Shown: positions 28,062 to 36,465 of the stretch, in pieces
How the letters are laid out: each line of letters begins with the position of its first letter
How positions within the stretch are numbered: the stretch's first letter is position 1
NCBI GenBank assembly: GCA_013152035.1
Contig: JAADHB010000017.1
Coordinates: 1 to 36,518, forward strand
DNA length: 36,518 nucleotides
Direction of reading: 5' to 3'
From: a bacterium
Lineage (GTDB): Bacteria; Patescibacteriota; Minisyncoccia; UBA9983
Notes under the pieces: model-generated
Databases searched by the model: none
What the model saw: only the letters and a program-made list of their open reading frames with translations
What the model was told of the DNA's origin: nothing
Made by a program: the position numbers and the translations under genes

Positions 28062-29366
28062 CTAAATTTTCAGGCGAGAAATTAATTCTTCAATTTTTAC
28101 TCTTTCCTGTTCGCCGGTGTCGCGGTCGCGGAGGGTGACGGTGTTGTCTTCCAGTGTGTCAAAATCAACGGTCACGCAATACGGCGTTCCTATTTCGTCC
28201 TGCCGGCGGTATCGCTTGCCAATGTTTCCGTTGTCGTCAAAAACGACGGGTTGGATTTCCTTTTTTATCATTTCGTACACCTCCCTCGCCTTCGCGACCA
28301 GCTCCGGCTTGTTTTTGAGAAGCGGAAAAACCGCCGCCTTAATCGGCGCGATTTCCGGCTTGAATTTCAGAAAGACTCTTGTTTCTCCGGACATCTCATC
28401 TTCCGTGTACGCCTCGCAAAGGACAGCCAGCAAAGGCCTGTCCACCCCGAACGACGGCTCTATCGTATGCGGGACAAATCTTTCTTTTGACTCTTCATCG
28501 TAATAATCAAGTTTGTGGTTTTTCAGGTCAAAGTCCGTGCGGTACGCCAGTCCGACAACCTCGTCGTCGCCAAACGGATACTTGTAAAAAACGTCTATGG
28601 TCCTTTTTGAATAATGAGCCAGATCGTCTTTGGGGACTTCAAAATCGGAAAGGTTCTCCGCGGCGATTCCGATGCTTTCCAGCCAACTATGAATCTCCGA
28701 CCGCCAATGCTCAAAAACAGTTTGCCACTCTTCGTCATTCTTTGGCGGCTTTATGAAATACTCAACTTCCATTTGCTCAAACTCCCTCACGCGAAAAAGG
28801 AAGTCCCCCGGGGTTATCTCATTTCTGAATGACTTGCCTATCTGGGCGATGCCGAACGGCAATTTGGGGTGCATGGAATCAACGACATTTTTGAAATTTA
28901 CGAAAATCCCCTGCGCCGTTTCCGGCCTTAAATATATCCGCGAGGCGGTGCCTTCAACCGCCCCGATAAAAGTTTTGAACATCATATTGAACTGCTTTTC
29001 TTCCGTCAGCTCCCCCCCGCACTCTGGGCATTTGCCGTCGCCAAACTTGTTTTCCTCCTTGATTTTATCCGCCCGAAATCTCTTGTGGCATTTCTTGCAT
29101 TCAACGAGCGGGTCGGAAAATCCGGCGGCGTGGCCGGACGCCTCCCACACTTTCGGGTTCATCAGAATGGCGGCGTCAAGCCCGAAGACATCCTCGCGGT
29201 TGAGAACGAACTTTTTCCACCATGAATTTTTTATGTTGTTTTTCAGCAGGACTCCGAGCGGACCGTAATCCCAGACGCCCGCCAAGCCGCCGTAAATTTC
29301 CGAGCTTTGATAAACAAAACCCCGCCTTTTAGCCAAACTCACTATTTTTTCCAGTTTATTTTCCAT
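28062..29366 (-). CDS. glyQS: Glycine--tRNA ligase (alpha2 type)
   Basis: KRRGF, YLRPETAQG, FRNEITP, REFEQME, IEPSFGVDR, RYRRQDEIGTP. Confidence 0.97.
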   Translation of the reverse strand: MENKLEKIVSLAKRRGFVYQSSEIYGGLAGVWDYGPLGVLLKNNIKNSWWKKFVLNREDVFGLDAAILMNPKVWEASGHAAGFSDPLVECKKCHKRFRADKIKEENKFGDGKCPECGGELTEEKQFNMMFKTFIGAVEGTASRIYLRPETAQGIFVNFKNVVDSMHPKLPFGIAQIGKSFRNEITPGDFLFRVREFEQMEVEYFIKPPKNDEEWQTVFEHWRSEIHSWLESIGIAAENLSDFEVPKDDLAHYSKRTIDVFYKYPFGDDEVVGLAYRTDFDLKNHKLDYYDEESKERFVPHTIEPSFGVDRPLLAVLCEAYTEDEMSGETRVFLKFKPEIAPIKAAVFPLLKNKPELVAKAREVYEMIKKEIQPVVFDDNGNIGKRYRRQDEIGTPYCVTVDFDTLEDNTVTLRDRDTGEQERVKIEELISRLKI

Positions 29367-29379
29367 AATTATTATTGTT

Positions 29380-29410
29380 CCCGTTCCCAAGGAGAGTCCT
29401 TGGGAACGGG
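29380..29410. repeat. Palindrome of the CCCAAGGW-NNN-WCCTTGGG family
   Basis: CCCGTTCCCAAGGA-GAG-TCCTTGGGAACGGG (14-bp arms). Confidence 0.8.
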
Positions 29411-29417
29411 GTTCGCG

Positions 29418-31304
29418 TTATTCCGTCACCTCCGACTCCCGTTGGGTGAATTGAGGGTCGCGCGTCAGCCTTGTGGTCAAGGCGCTTTTTTCATCCTTCA
29501 AAGTTTCTCCGGTAAATTCGTCTTTCGCCTCCAAGCTTGTTTTCCCGATAAGTTCCGGCGAGCTTCCGACCTGGCTCAGGTTCGGATCAAGGGCGACCTG
29601 AAAAGAAACTTCCCTCGCCGGACGGACAATGCCGGTGCCCGCCGGAACGGCTCCGGCATCCCAGACGATATTGCCGGAAACATCGTCAAAGGAAACATTT
29701 TCCCCGGAAGGCGAAATTTTGCCGAGCCATCTCATATACGAAGGGAGGGGGGCTGAAACCTTCACGCCGGAAAAATCATTCACATTGTTGCCGAGCGACC
29801 ATGTAATCGTGTAGGTCGTTTCCTCCCCCACCCGCGGCGGCATCGGTCCCGTATTCTTGAAAGGTCCCGAATAATGCGTCGCGGCGGCGGCAAGCTGGAG
29901 TCGCGACCCTATCTTAATCTCCTTCGTTATGCTGTTTTGGATTTTCCCGCTCTGCGAAGTTCCGGAAATGGCCGTCCCCTCAATGCTCCCCTCCAGTTCA
30001 ATGGCGAAATTTTTGTCTCCCGCCGTCCTCACCGGCAAGGGGTTTAGAATTGAAAAACTGAATTGCGCCCTGCCGACCTCTCCCGGATCTATCGCCGACA
30101 GTTCCGGTTTGCTCGCGGAGTTCCAGAGCAGTGTCTTGTCAAAAGTTCTGTAAAATCCTTTGCTCACCGAAATTGATTTCTGGTCCAGCGCCGCGCCTTT
30201 GATTTTAATGCTCACCTTCGCGTCCCGCACCGGTGACGAAAGATTGTTTTTCCAGGCGACTTCCACACGAAGAGAATCGCCGGCGGACGCTATGTTTTTC
30301 TCCGAATCTTTTCCGTTGACGAACAAAACCAAATCAATGTACGGCTTTTTGACGACAACCGTTTCCGCCGATTCTCCGTACGGGATGAAAGTTCCGTCGG
30401 CTTTTATCACGCCCGCCGTCGCGCGGAAGGCTTTTTCCTCCAAATCCTGCCCCTCAACGATTCCGCGGATTGAAATGTTTCTCTCTTGCGACGGGTCAAA
30501 ATCGCCGATTTTCCACAAATTGTTTTTGCGGCTCGGGGACGGAGTGGCGCCGGAAAACTGGAAACCGGATGGATAATCAAGGCGCAAAACCAGATTTCTG
30601 ATTACCGCCTCGGAATTTGAGACAATCCCGACCTTCACTTCCATTTCCCGTTTCGCGTTTATTTCTTTCGGAATCAGCAGGGAAACGCCGACGGGGGGGC
30701 GGGAGATTTTGACCGTATAGCTTCCGCTTTTGGCGAATATGGCGTTGGACTGAGCCAGCCGATATTCAAGCGTCGCCTTTATGTTTTTTTCTTCATCCTC
30801 TTTTCCGAGCAAGACGACGCTTATCGTCTTTTTGATTGACGCCCCGGGAGCTATCGTCCCGAAAGAATACCGCTCGCGGGACAGGGGGCTTCCGTCGGAA
30901 GAAAAAGAACTTTCCGGGAAATCAACAATGAGGTCCGCCATTTCAAGGTCGGTGTTGTTTTTGTTTTCCACGAAAATATCAAGAGTGTTTATTTCGCCCC
31001 CCTGAACATAGGGCGGCCCCTTTATCTCCACCCCTATATTCCCCGAAGAAACGACATTTGAGTCGCCGAGCCAAAAATACAAAAACGCGGACAGGGAAAC
31101 GAGAAAAAAAACGAAGGAGGCGGCAAGCAGGACTTTCAGCGGGAAAAAAGCGCCCTTCTTTTTTCTCGCGGACGGTTTCGGCCAATGCGAAGAAGGCAGG
31201 CTCTCCCTTCTGCCGTAAATTCTCGGCCTTTCCCCCCTCTCTTTGAAGGATTCGCCCTTTTTATAAAGCCGCTTTTTAAGATTTTTAAGATTGTCGCTTT
31301 TCAT
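29418..31304 (-). CDS. Hypothetical single-pass membrane protein with repeated Ig-like (DUF11-like) domains
   Basis: Basic N-terminus, one TM, repeated beta-sandwich motifs (YPSGFQFSGATP, LWKIGDFDP, GPMPPRVGEETTYTITW). Confidence 0.75.
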   Translation of the reverse strand: MKSDNLKNLKKRLYKKGESFKERGERPRIYGRRESLPSSHWPKPSARKKKGAFFPLKVLLAASFVFFLVSLSAFLYFWLGDSNVVSSGNIGVEIKGPPYVQGGEINTLDIFVENKNNTDLEMADLIVDFPESSFSSDGSPLSRERYSFGTIAPGASIKKTISVVLLGKEDEEKNIKATLEYRLAQSNAIFAKSGSYTVKISRPPVGVSLLIPKEINAKREMEVKVGIVSNSEAVIRNLVLRLDYPSGFQFSGATPSPSRKNNLWKIGDFDPSQERNISIRGIVEGQDLEEKAFRATAGVIKADGTFIPYGESAETVVVKKPYIDLVLFVNGKDSEKNIASAGDSLRVEVAWKNNLSSPVRDAKVSIKIKGAALDQKSISVSKGFYRTFDKTLLWNSASKPELSAIDPGEVGRAQFSFSILNPLPVRTAGDKNFAIELEGSIEGTAISGTSQSGKIQNSITKEIKIGSRLQLAAAATHYSGPFKNTGPMPPRVGEETTYTITWSLGNNVNDFSGVKVSAPLPSYMRWLGKISPSGENVSFDDVSGNIVWDAGAVPAGTGIVRPAREVSFQVALDPNLSQVGSSPELIGKTSLEAKDEFTGETLKDEKSALTTRLTRDPQFTQRESEVTE

Positions 31305-31332
31305 CGATATTCGCTCTTTTGCTTAGCCGTTA

Positions 31333-31878
31333 TTATAACATACTTTCCTTTATCGCGTTATTAATCGCGGAAATTGCCGCCCTCCTTGAGGCGTATTTTT
31401 CTTTTTCCATATACCCCAAATTGTGGAGCGTTCCGGATAAAAAAGAGATTTCCAATTCTTCCGCCTCTTCCTTCCCCAAAGTTTTTTCACTCAGGATTGC
31501 GTAGGCGTTTTTTAATTCGCTCCATAAAAAATCGTTTTTCTCCTCTCCTTGAACCATCCTGTTCAAAAGTCCGGCAAACCCCGAAAACAACGCCAAATTC
31601 CTCGGCGAAGAGGTGATTTTACCCTTGCGCGCGATTTCTTCGGCGTCAATAATTTTCCAGACGGGGCGGCCGGAGGATTTTCCGGCGAGCAGCCCGAAAC
31701 GGGAAAGGGAAAAAGTTTCCAGATTGCAGCGGAGTTTTGATTTCATTTGGCGGACGCTTTTCGCCGCCGCCGTTATTTTGCCGAATTTTTCCGTGAAAAC
31801 GGTGAAAATCCTGTCCGCCTCCCCGAAATCGCTCCCGCTCAAGATAATCCCCTCGGTTTGATAAATAATATTCGCCAT
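31333..31878 (-). CDS. recO: DNA repair protein RecO (short)
   Basis: TEGIIL...GEADRIFTVFTEKFGKI...AKSVR...SKL. Confidence 0.85.
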   Translation of the reverse strand: MANIIYQTEGIILSGSDFGEADRIFTVFTEKFGKITAAAKSVRQMKSKLRCNLETFSLSRFGLLAGKSSGRPVWKIIDAEEIARKGKITSSPRNLALFSGFAGLLNRMVQGEEKNDFLWSELKNAYAILSEKTLGKEEAEELEISFLSGTLHNLGYMEKEKYASRRAAISAINNAIKESML

Positions 31879-31886
31879 TACCGGCA

Positions 31887-31938
31887 ATTATATGTTTTCC
31901 ACGGGCATATTGCAAAAAGGAAGGTGGTATGATATCTT
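31887..31938. promoter_or_regulatory. Overlapping divergent promoters sharing a palindromic -35 (TTGCAA, 31910-31915)
   Basis: Minus: TTGCAA-17-TATAAT, then 8 nt to recO ATG. Plus: TTGCAA-17-TATCTT with extended TG. Confidence 0.6.
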
Positions 31939-31969
31939 GGGAGTAGAATCAAAAAGGAGGTGATACAAT

Positions 31970-32032
31970 ATGGTTGCCACCAGAGCCGCTCCAGTGGCCA
32001 CATCCACAGCCACACGAAAGGTACTCTCATGA
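31970..32032 (+). CDS. Putative small protein, 20 aa (MVATRAAPVATSTATRKVLS)
   Basis: Perfect SD AAAGGAGGTGAT 5 nt before ATG; upstream promoter; downstream terminator. Confidence 0.5.
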   Translation: MVATRAAPVATSTATRKVLS

Positions 32033-32071
32033 CCTAAACGCTGCAGCGCGGCACAGGTCGGCCGCAGGTTC

Positions 32072-32096
32072 GCCCCCACCTTACGGGGGCTTTTTT
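32072..32096 (+). terminator. Rho-independent terminator (plus strand)
   Basis: GCCCCC-ACCTTAC-GGGGGC-TTTTTT. Confidence 0.8.
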
Positions 32097-32098
32097 AT

Positions 32099-33271
32099 TT
32101 ACGCGAAAATTTGCCAGAGCTGGTAGGCGACGCCGGACAGTATGCCAGCGATCGCCAGGATTTCAATAAAACGCGTCGGTTTGGTGTAATTTCCGTTGTC
32201 CGGCTTCAGCAGGTCGCCGGGATCACCGCTTCTGATTCTTTTTCTCAAGCTTCTCGCCATTAAAATAATAAAAATCCCGATGGTTCCGAGCCCCAACGCC
32301 CCGACCAATGACAAAATTCTCGCGAAATCAACGGCGCCGAGAAGAAACAGCCCGACCGGGGGAAGTACCGCCATCAGCCACGCCCAAAACCTCGGAACAT
32401 TGTAGTCATACCTGAATATGTTTCTCATATCCGTCGCCATCGCCAAAAAAGAGGTAAAAACCGCGAGCAGTCCGATAAGAGACCCCGCCAGGAAGGCGTT
32501 TTTCCCGAGCACTTTGGCGATCCCAAAAAGAGCTTCGGATGAAGTATGGTCGTTGCTCGCCCCCCAAACGGCTATCACGAACAAAAAATAAAAGATCGCG
32601 GACAGAATTAGGCTCGCCGCGATAACTTTCTTAAAATCTTTGATTGATGATTTTGAAAAAATGTCGCGGACCTCAGGAAGGGTCGCGAATCCGCTCAAAG
32701 AAAACAGCCAGATTCCGTACGGCATAAACCAGTCGCCCGTGAAGCTCGTGTTGAAATTCATAAGAAAATTCTCCGCCTTAATCGCGGGAAGGGCGGCGAT
32801 AAGCAGATAAATTATAAACGCGAAGAGCGGAATCGTGAGGTAAAAATTAATGTTCGCTATTTTTTTGAGATTCAATAAAACCAGAATTCCGGCGACGGCG
32901 AAAAACAGAAGGGACAGAGAAAATCTATAGGCGCCGTGGTCAAAGAAATTTGACAAAAAAAGCCCTCCCAGCAGCCCGTAAACCAAAAGAGAACCGTAAT
33001 AAGACGCGACAGTGGCGAAAAGGGCGAATTGCTTCGCCTTGCTTCCGAGAAAAATCTCCACATAGCCGGTAAAGCGGTGTTTCCCTCTCGCGTAAAACGC
33101 CACCTCCCCGTACAGAAAATGAAGGAGAAACAATATAAAAAAGACCGCGGCGAAATTGACAACCCCCCAAAAAAGCCCCGCACGGGAAAAAGCGAAAGGC
33201 AGGGCGAACATTCCCGCCCCGAACATCATCCCCACCATCATTCCAATTCCTTTTATGTAGAGGCGCGACAT
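32099..33271 (-). CDS. Aromatic amino acid permease (TyrP/Mtr-like family)
   Basis: GMMFGAGMFALP, PYGIWLFSLSG, LAVFTSF; multi-TM. Confidence 0.85.
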   Translation of the reverse strand: MSRLYIKGIGMMVGMMFGAGMFALPFAFSRAGLFWGVVNFAAVFFILFLLHFLYGEVAFYARGKHRFTGYVEIFLGSKAKQFALFATVASYYGSLLVYGLLGGLFLSNFFDHGAYRFSLSLLFFAVAGILVLLNLKKIANINFYLTIPLFAFIIYLLIAALPAIKAENFLMNFNTSFTGDWFMPYGIWLFSLSGFATLPEVRDIFSKSSIKDFKKVIAASLILSAIFYFLFVIAVWGASNDHTSSEALFGIAKVLGKNAFLAGSLIGLLAVFTSFLAMATDMRNIFRYDYNVPRFWAWLMAVLPPVGLFLLGAVDFARILSLVGALGLGTIGIFIILMARSLRKRIRSGDPGDLLKPDNGNYTKPTRFIEILAIAGILSGVAYQLWQIFA

Positions 33272-33289
33272 TTTATTGCCAAAAAACCG

Positions 33290-33862
33290 CTAGCGGGCGG
33301 TTTTGTCTTTTTTGACGAGTTCAACCACCTTTTCAACCAGGCGCTTGGGGTCGCTGTCAAAGACGACTTTTCCGGGACCGCGATGAGATTTCTCAATAAC
33401 GCTTCTTATTGTTTCGTCCATTTCCCAGTCCCCCTCCAAAACGCCTATCGGTTTGTCGTCCTCAAAGGCGATGGTGAATTCGTTGAGCGTCCCCATTCTC
33501 CCGCACCCGACCAAGACGGCGTCCGCCGAACGGGTAAGCAGAAGATTTCTTCCGGAATAACCGAAGCCGGTGAAAATGATAAGGTCAAGATATTCCAAGG
33601 GAAGTTTATATCTTTCAACATGCTCCTTTTCGGATGAAGCGGGAGAAAGCCCGATTGAAATTCCGTCAATCTCCTTGGCGCCCATAGCGGACCAAAGAGG
33701 GAAGCCGGTCGTGGCGCCGGTGACAAGGGCGCAATTGTGGCGTATGATTTCCCTGCCAAGCTCTTTCGCCTTTTCCAGCGCGCCGTCGCCGCAGTGGCCG
33801 GTTTCAGCCGCTCCCGAAACGCACAATTTTATTTTAAGATGTAAGTGTTTTCCCGGATTCAT
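33290..33862 (-). CDS. LOG/SLOG family protein
   Basis: VSGAA, LVTGATTG, IGLSP, GRNLLLTRSAD, GRMGTLNEF. Confidence 0.85.
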   Translation of the reverse strand: MNPGKHLHLKIKLCVSGAAETGHCGDGALEKAKELGREIIRHNCALVTGATTGFPLWSAMGAKEIDGISIGLSPASSEKEHVERYKLPLEYLDLIIFTGFGYSGRNLLLTRSADAVLVGCGRMGTLNEFTIAFEDDKPIGVLEGDWEMDETIRSVIEKSHRGPGKVVFDSDPKRLVEKVVELVKKDKTAR

Positions 33863-33869
33863 TTTTTTA

Positions 33870-35237
33870 TTATATATCAAGTTCAAAGTTATCGCCAGTT
33901 TCGGGCGCCGCCGCGTCCACCCCGAGATAATCCCGCAATCGTTGGGTGAAAAACAAGGACGATTTCGGCTCCCCCTGAACGACAAAAACTTTCTTTACCG
34001 TATCCGCGGTGTTATGGACAAAATCAAAAAGATCATTCATATCCGGATGGGCGGAGTAGCCGCGAATATTCTCCACCCTCGCCCTGACACGAACCGTCTC
34101 TCCCATAATTCTCACCGTTTTCTGCCTTTCCTGAAGTCGCCTGCCCAAAGATCCCGCCGCCTGATAACCCATCAACAGCAGCGCGCTTTTCGGGTCCGGC
34201 AAATAATTGAGTTCGTGGTGCACTATCCTTCCGCCGTTGGACATCCCCGATCCGGCGATAATGATTTTCGGGAAAGGCGCGCGCTTTATCGCCTTTGACT
34301 CTTCCGTTTTCAGTGTCATTTTCAAGCCCGGAAATTGGAAAAGGGCGTCTCCGGAGCGGATAATGTCTTTGGCGTTTTCGTTGTAGTATCTTTGGTACTT
34401 TTTGTAAACATTCGTCGCCTTTATCGCCAGCGGGCTGTCAAGAAAAATAGGCGCCCGCGGAATGCGGCCGTGCTCCACCAAATCGTTTATCTGAAAAAGC
34501 AGTTTTTGCGTGCGTTCAAGGGAAAAGGCGGGAATCATAAGCGCCCCGCCGCTATGCATCGTGTCCTCTATCACTCTTTCAAGTTTCAAGTTCGCCTCGT
34601 TCAACTCTTCGTGTTCGCGGTCGCCGTATGTGCTTTCAATGATAAGAAAATCCGCGTCCGTGACTTTTTCCGTGTCCCTCAACAACGGGTTTGGCGGGTT
34701 TCCAAGGTCGCCGGTAAAGAGAATTTTTTTGCCTCCGCGCGCGATTTCCACCATCGCCGAACCCATAACATGCCCGGCGTCCCTGAAATTTATGTTGAAG
34801 TCCGCGACCGGGATGCCGTCATGGTAATCAACGGGATTCCATAAGCCGAGCGCCCTTTGTATGTCATCCTCCGAATAGATGGCGTCTTTCTTTCTGCTTC
34901 GCCTCGCCTCTTTTCTCATCACGCCCAAACTGTCGGCGAGCATCAGCTCCGCCAGGTCGCGCGTGGGCGGAGTTGAAAAAATTTTTCCGCGAAATCCGTC
35001 TCTCACGAGTTTTGGCACCCTGCCGATATGGTCAAGGTGGGCGTGAGTTATGAAAAGCGCGTCAATTGAAGCCGGGTCGTAAGGAAAAGAGTCGTCGTTT
35101 TTGTCCTCGCTTATTTTTGTGCCCTGAAAAAGTCCGCAGTCAACCAGTATTTTCGTATCACCGGACTCAAGAAGATAATTTGAACCGGTAACGCTCTGCG
35201 CCCCTCCGCAAAATGTAAGTTTAAGTTTTTGATTCAT
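33870..35237 (-). CDS. MBL-fold metallo-beta-CASP ribonuclease
   Basis: VTGS, DCGLFQG, THAHLDHIG, AGHVMGS, ESTYG, AGSGMSNGGR, YSAH. Confidence 0.95.
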   Translation of the reverse strand: MNQKLKLTFCGGAQSVTGSNYLLESGDTKILVDCGLFQGTKISEDKNDDSFPYDPASIDALFITHAHLDHIGRVPKLVRDGFRGKIFSTPPTRDLAELMLADSLGVMRKEARRSRKKDAIYSEDDIQRALGLWNPVDYHDGIPVADFNINFRDAGHVMGSAMVEIARGGKKILFTGDLGNPPNPLLRDTEKVTDADFLIIESTYGDREHEELNEANLKLERVIEDTMHSGGALMIPAFSLERTQKLLFQINDLVEHGRIPRAPIFLDSPLAIKATNVYKKYQRYYNENAKDIIRSGDALFQFPGLKMTLKTEESKAIKRAPFPKIIIAGSGMSNGGRIVHHELNYLPDPKSALLLMGYQAAGSLGRRLQERQKTVRIMGETVRVRARVENIRGYSAHPDMNDLFDFVHNTADTVKKVFVVQGEPKSSLFFTQRLRDYLGVDAAAPETGDNFELDI

Positions 35238-35667
35238 ATTCTGGCTTATGTTTTTTGAAATACCTTATAAAAACAAGTCCGGCGACCAGCCCTCCGAGCA
35301 GGTCAAAAAAGAGATCGCCCATCGTGTCTTGCAATCCGACTTGATTAAAGCCGACGGCGGCGCCCTTGCCCGTCAGGAAATCGACGCAAAATTCAAAAAG
35401 CTCCCAGCCGACCCCGACCAGCGCGGCGAACGACACGGCGGTGAGCAAAAAAACGGGTATCGGCAGGCGGATGCTCCCCGCCTTTTTTGAAAAAAATACG
35501 AAGTACGCCGTTACCAGCGCCAGCCACGCTCCCCCCAAGAAATGCATAACATTGTCAAACCACGAAACCCTCCAATACAAAAAATAATAGAGGGCGAAAG
35601 AATGCAATAAAAAAATAAAGACAATCAGCCCCGTGATAAAACGCGAAAATTTCTTTTTGAAAGGCAT
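35221..35667 (-). CDS. Membrane protein (DUF2238/VanZ-like)
   Basis: WFDNVMHFLGG, WELFEF, DTMGDLFFDLLG. Confidence 0.75.
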   Translation of the reverse strand: MPFKKKFSRFITGLIVFIFLLHSFALYYFLYWRVSWFDNVMHFLGGAWLALVTAYFVFFSKKAGSIRLPIPVFLLTAVSFAALVGVGWELFEFCVDFLTGKGAAVGFNQVGLQDTMGDLFFDLLGGLVAGLVFIRYFKKHKPEYESKT

Positions 35668-35699
35668 TATACGCTTAATAATAACATAAAAAACGCAAA

Positions 35700-35723
35700 A
35701 TAAAAAACCCGAACGGTCGGGGT
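35700..35723 (-). terminator. Terminator of the putative 6S RNA
   Basis: AACCCCGA-CCGT-TCGGGTTTTTTAT on the minus strand. Confidence 0.75.
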
Positions 35724-35730
35724 TCTTATT

Positions 35731-35860
35731 GGGCTACCGGAGGCAAACTCTCCCAGCGTTTCGCCAGGTGGGTGCCCGCAATGCCTCGCCAAGGCGAGAC
35801 AAGATGTAAGGCTCCCGTAGAGAATAACTTAGTCTAGGAAGTTATGCCCTCGATAACCCA
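35731..35860 (-). ncRNA. ssrS: Putative compact 6S RNA
   Basis: Closing stem GGGUUAUCGAGGGCA.AACUU/GAGUUUGCCUCCGGUAGCCC, AU-rich central bubble, GGGAGCC/GGCACCC stem with the GGCACCCACCUG segment I recall from Firmicutes-type 6S RNAs; own promoter and terminator. Confidence 0.7.
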
Positions 35861-35865
35861 CTTGC

Positions 35866-35893
35866 ATTGTATCACCTTGGGCGCAAAAATCAA
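35866..35893 (-). promoter_or_regulatory. Promoter of the putative 6S RNA
   Basis: TTGATT-16 bp-TACAAT with extended -10 TG. Confidence 0.65.
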
Positions 35894-35910
35894 GGCGAAA
35901 ATATTTCGCG

Positions 35911-36393
35911 TTAAAGCATTTCTCCCCTCTCTTCTTCGCCGTAAACAAATTCATAGTCCGCCTTTTTATATTCAAAAATTTCGCCGGAATTGAAGAATCT
36001 TTTTATCTCCAGCTCCGCGCTTTCCGGAGAATCGGACGCGTGGACGATGTTCGCCTGCCCGCTTACGGAAAGATCTCCCCTTATGGTGCCGGCGTCCGCC
36101 TCGTATCCTTTGGTGGAGCCGACAATCAATCTCGTTGCCTTAATCGCGTTTATTCCGGACAAAACAACAGCCGTAACGGGCGCGGATTTCATAAATTTTT
36201 TCAGCGATTCAAAAAAGGGCTTGCCCTTGTGCTGGCAATAATGCTCGTCAAGCAAAACATCCTCAAGTTGGATCATTTTCATTCCGACAATCTTCAGGCC
36301 CTTCCTTTCAAAACGGCCTATGATTTCGCCCATCAAATTCCGCTGCAAAGCGTCCGGCTTGATTATGATTAATGTTCTCTCTTCTTTTACCAT
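35911..36393 (-). CDS. ndk: Nucleoside diphosphate kinase
   Basis: ERTLIIIKPDA, GTIRGD, NIVHASDS. Confidence 0.98.
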   Translation of the reverse strand: MVKEERTLIIIKPDALQRNLMGEIIGRFERKGLKIVGMKMIQLEDVLLDEHYCQHKGKPFFESLKKFMKSAPVTAVVLSGINAIKATRLIVGSTKGYEADAGTIRGDLSVSGQANIVHASDSPESAELEIKRFFNSGEIFEYKKADYEFVYGEEERGEML

Positions 36394-36465
36394 ACAACCA
36401 TTCTACAAAATTTAACTCAAATTTGCCAACCCCCACCCCTCGAAATCCGACCTGCCACACTATAA

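Noticed and set aside
31952-31964. AAAGGAGGTGAT as the 3' end of a minus-strand 16S rRNA gene
   Set aside because: The adjacent sequence has no 16S features; it fits better as an SD for the ATG at 31970.
31888-32079. 63-aa minus-strand ORF
   Set aside because: No expression signals; promoter, SD and terminator all favour the plus-strand unit.
33029-34844. Several 100-240-aa plus-strand ORFs
   Set aside because: All overlap well-supported minus-strand genes and show no domain signal.
35661-35692. Possible dif site (TTATGTTA half-site)
   Set aside because: No matching XerC arm; the sequence is better explained as the -10 region of the adjacent gene.
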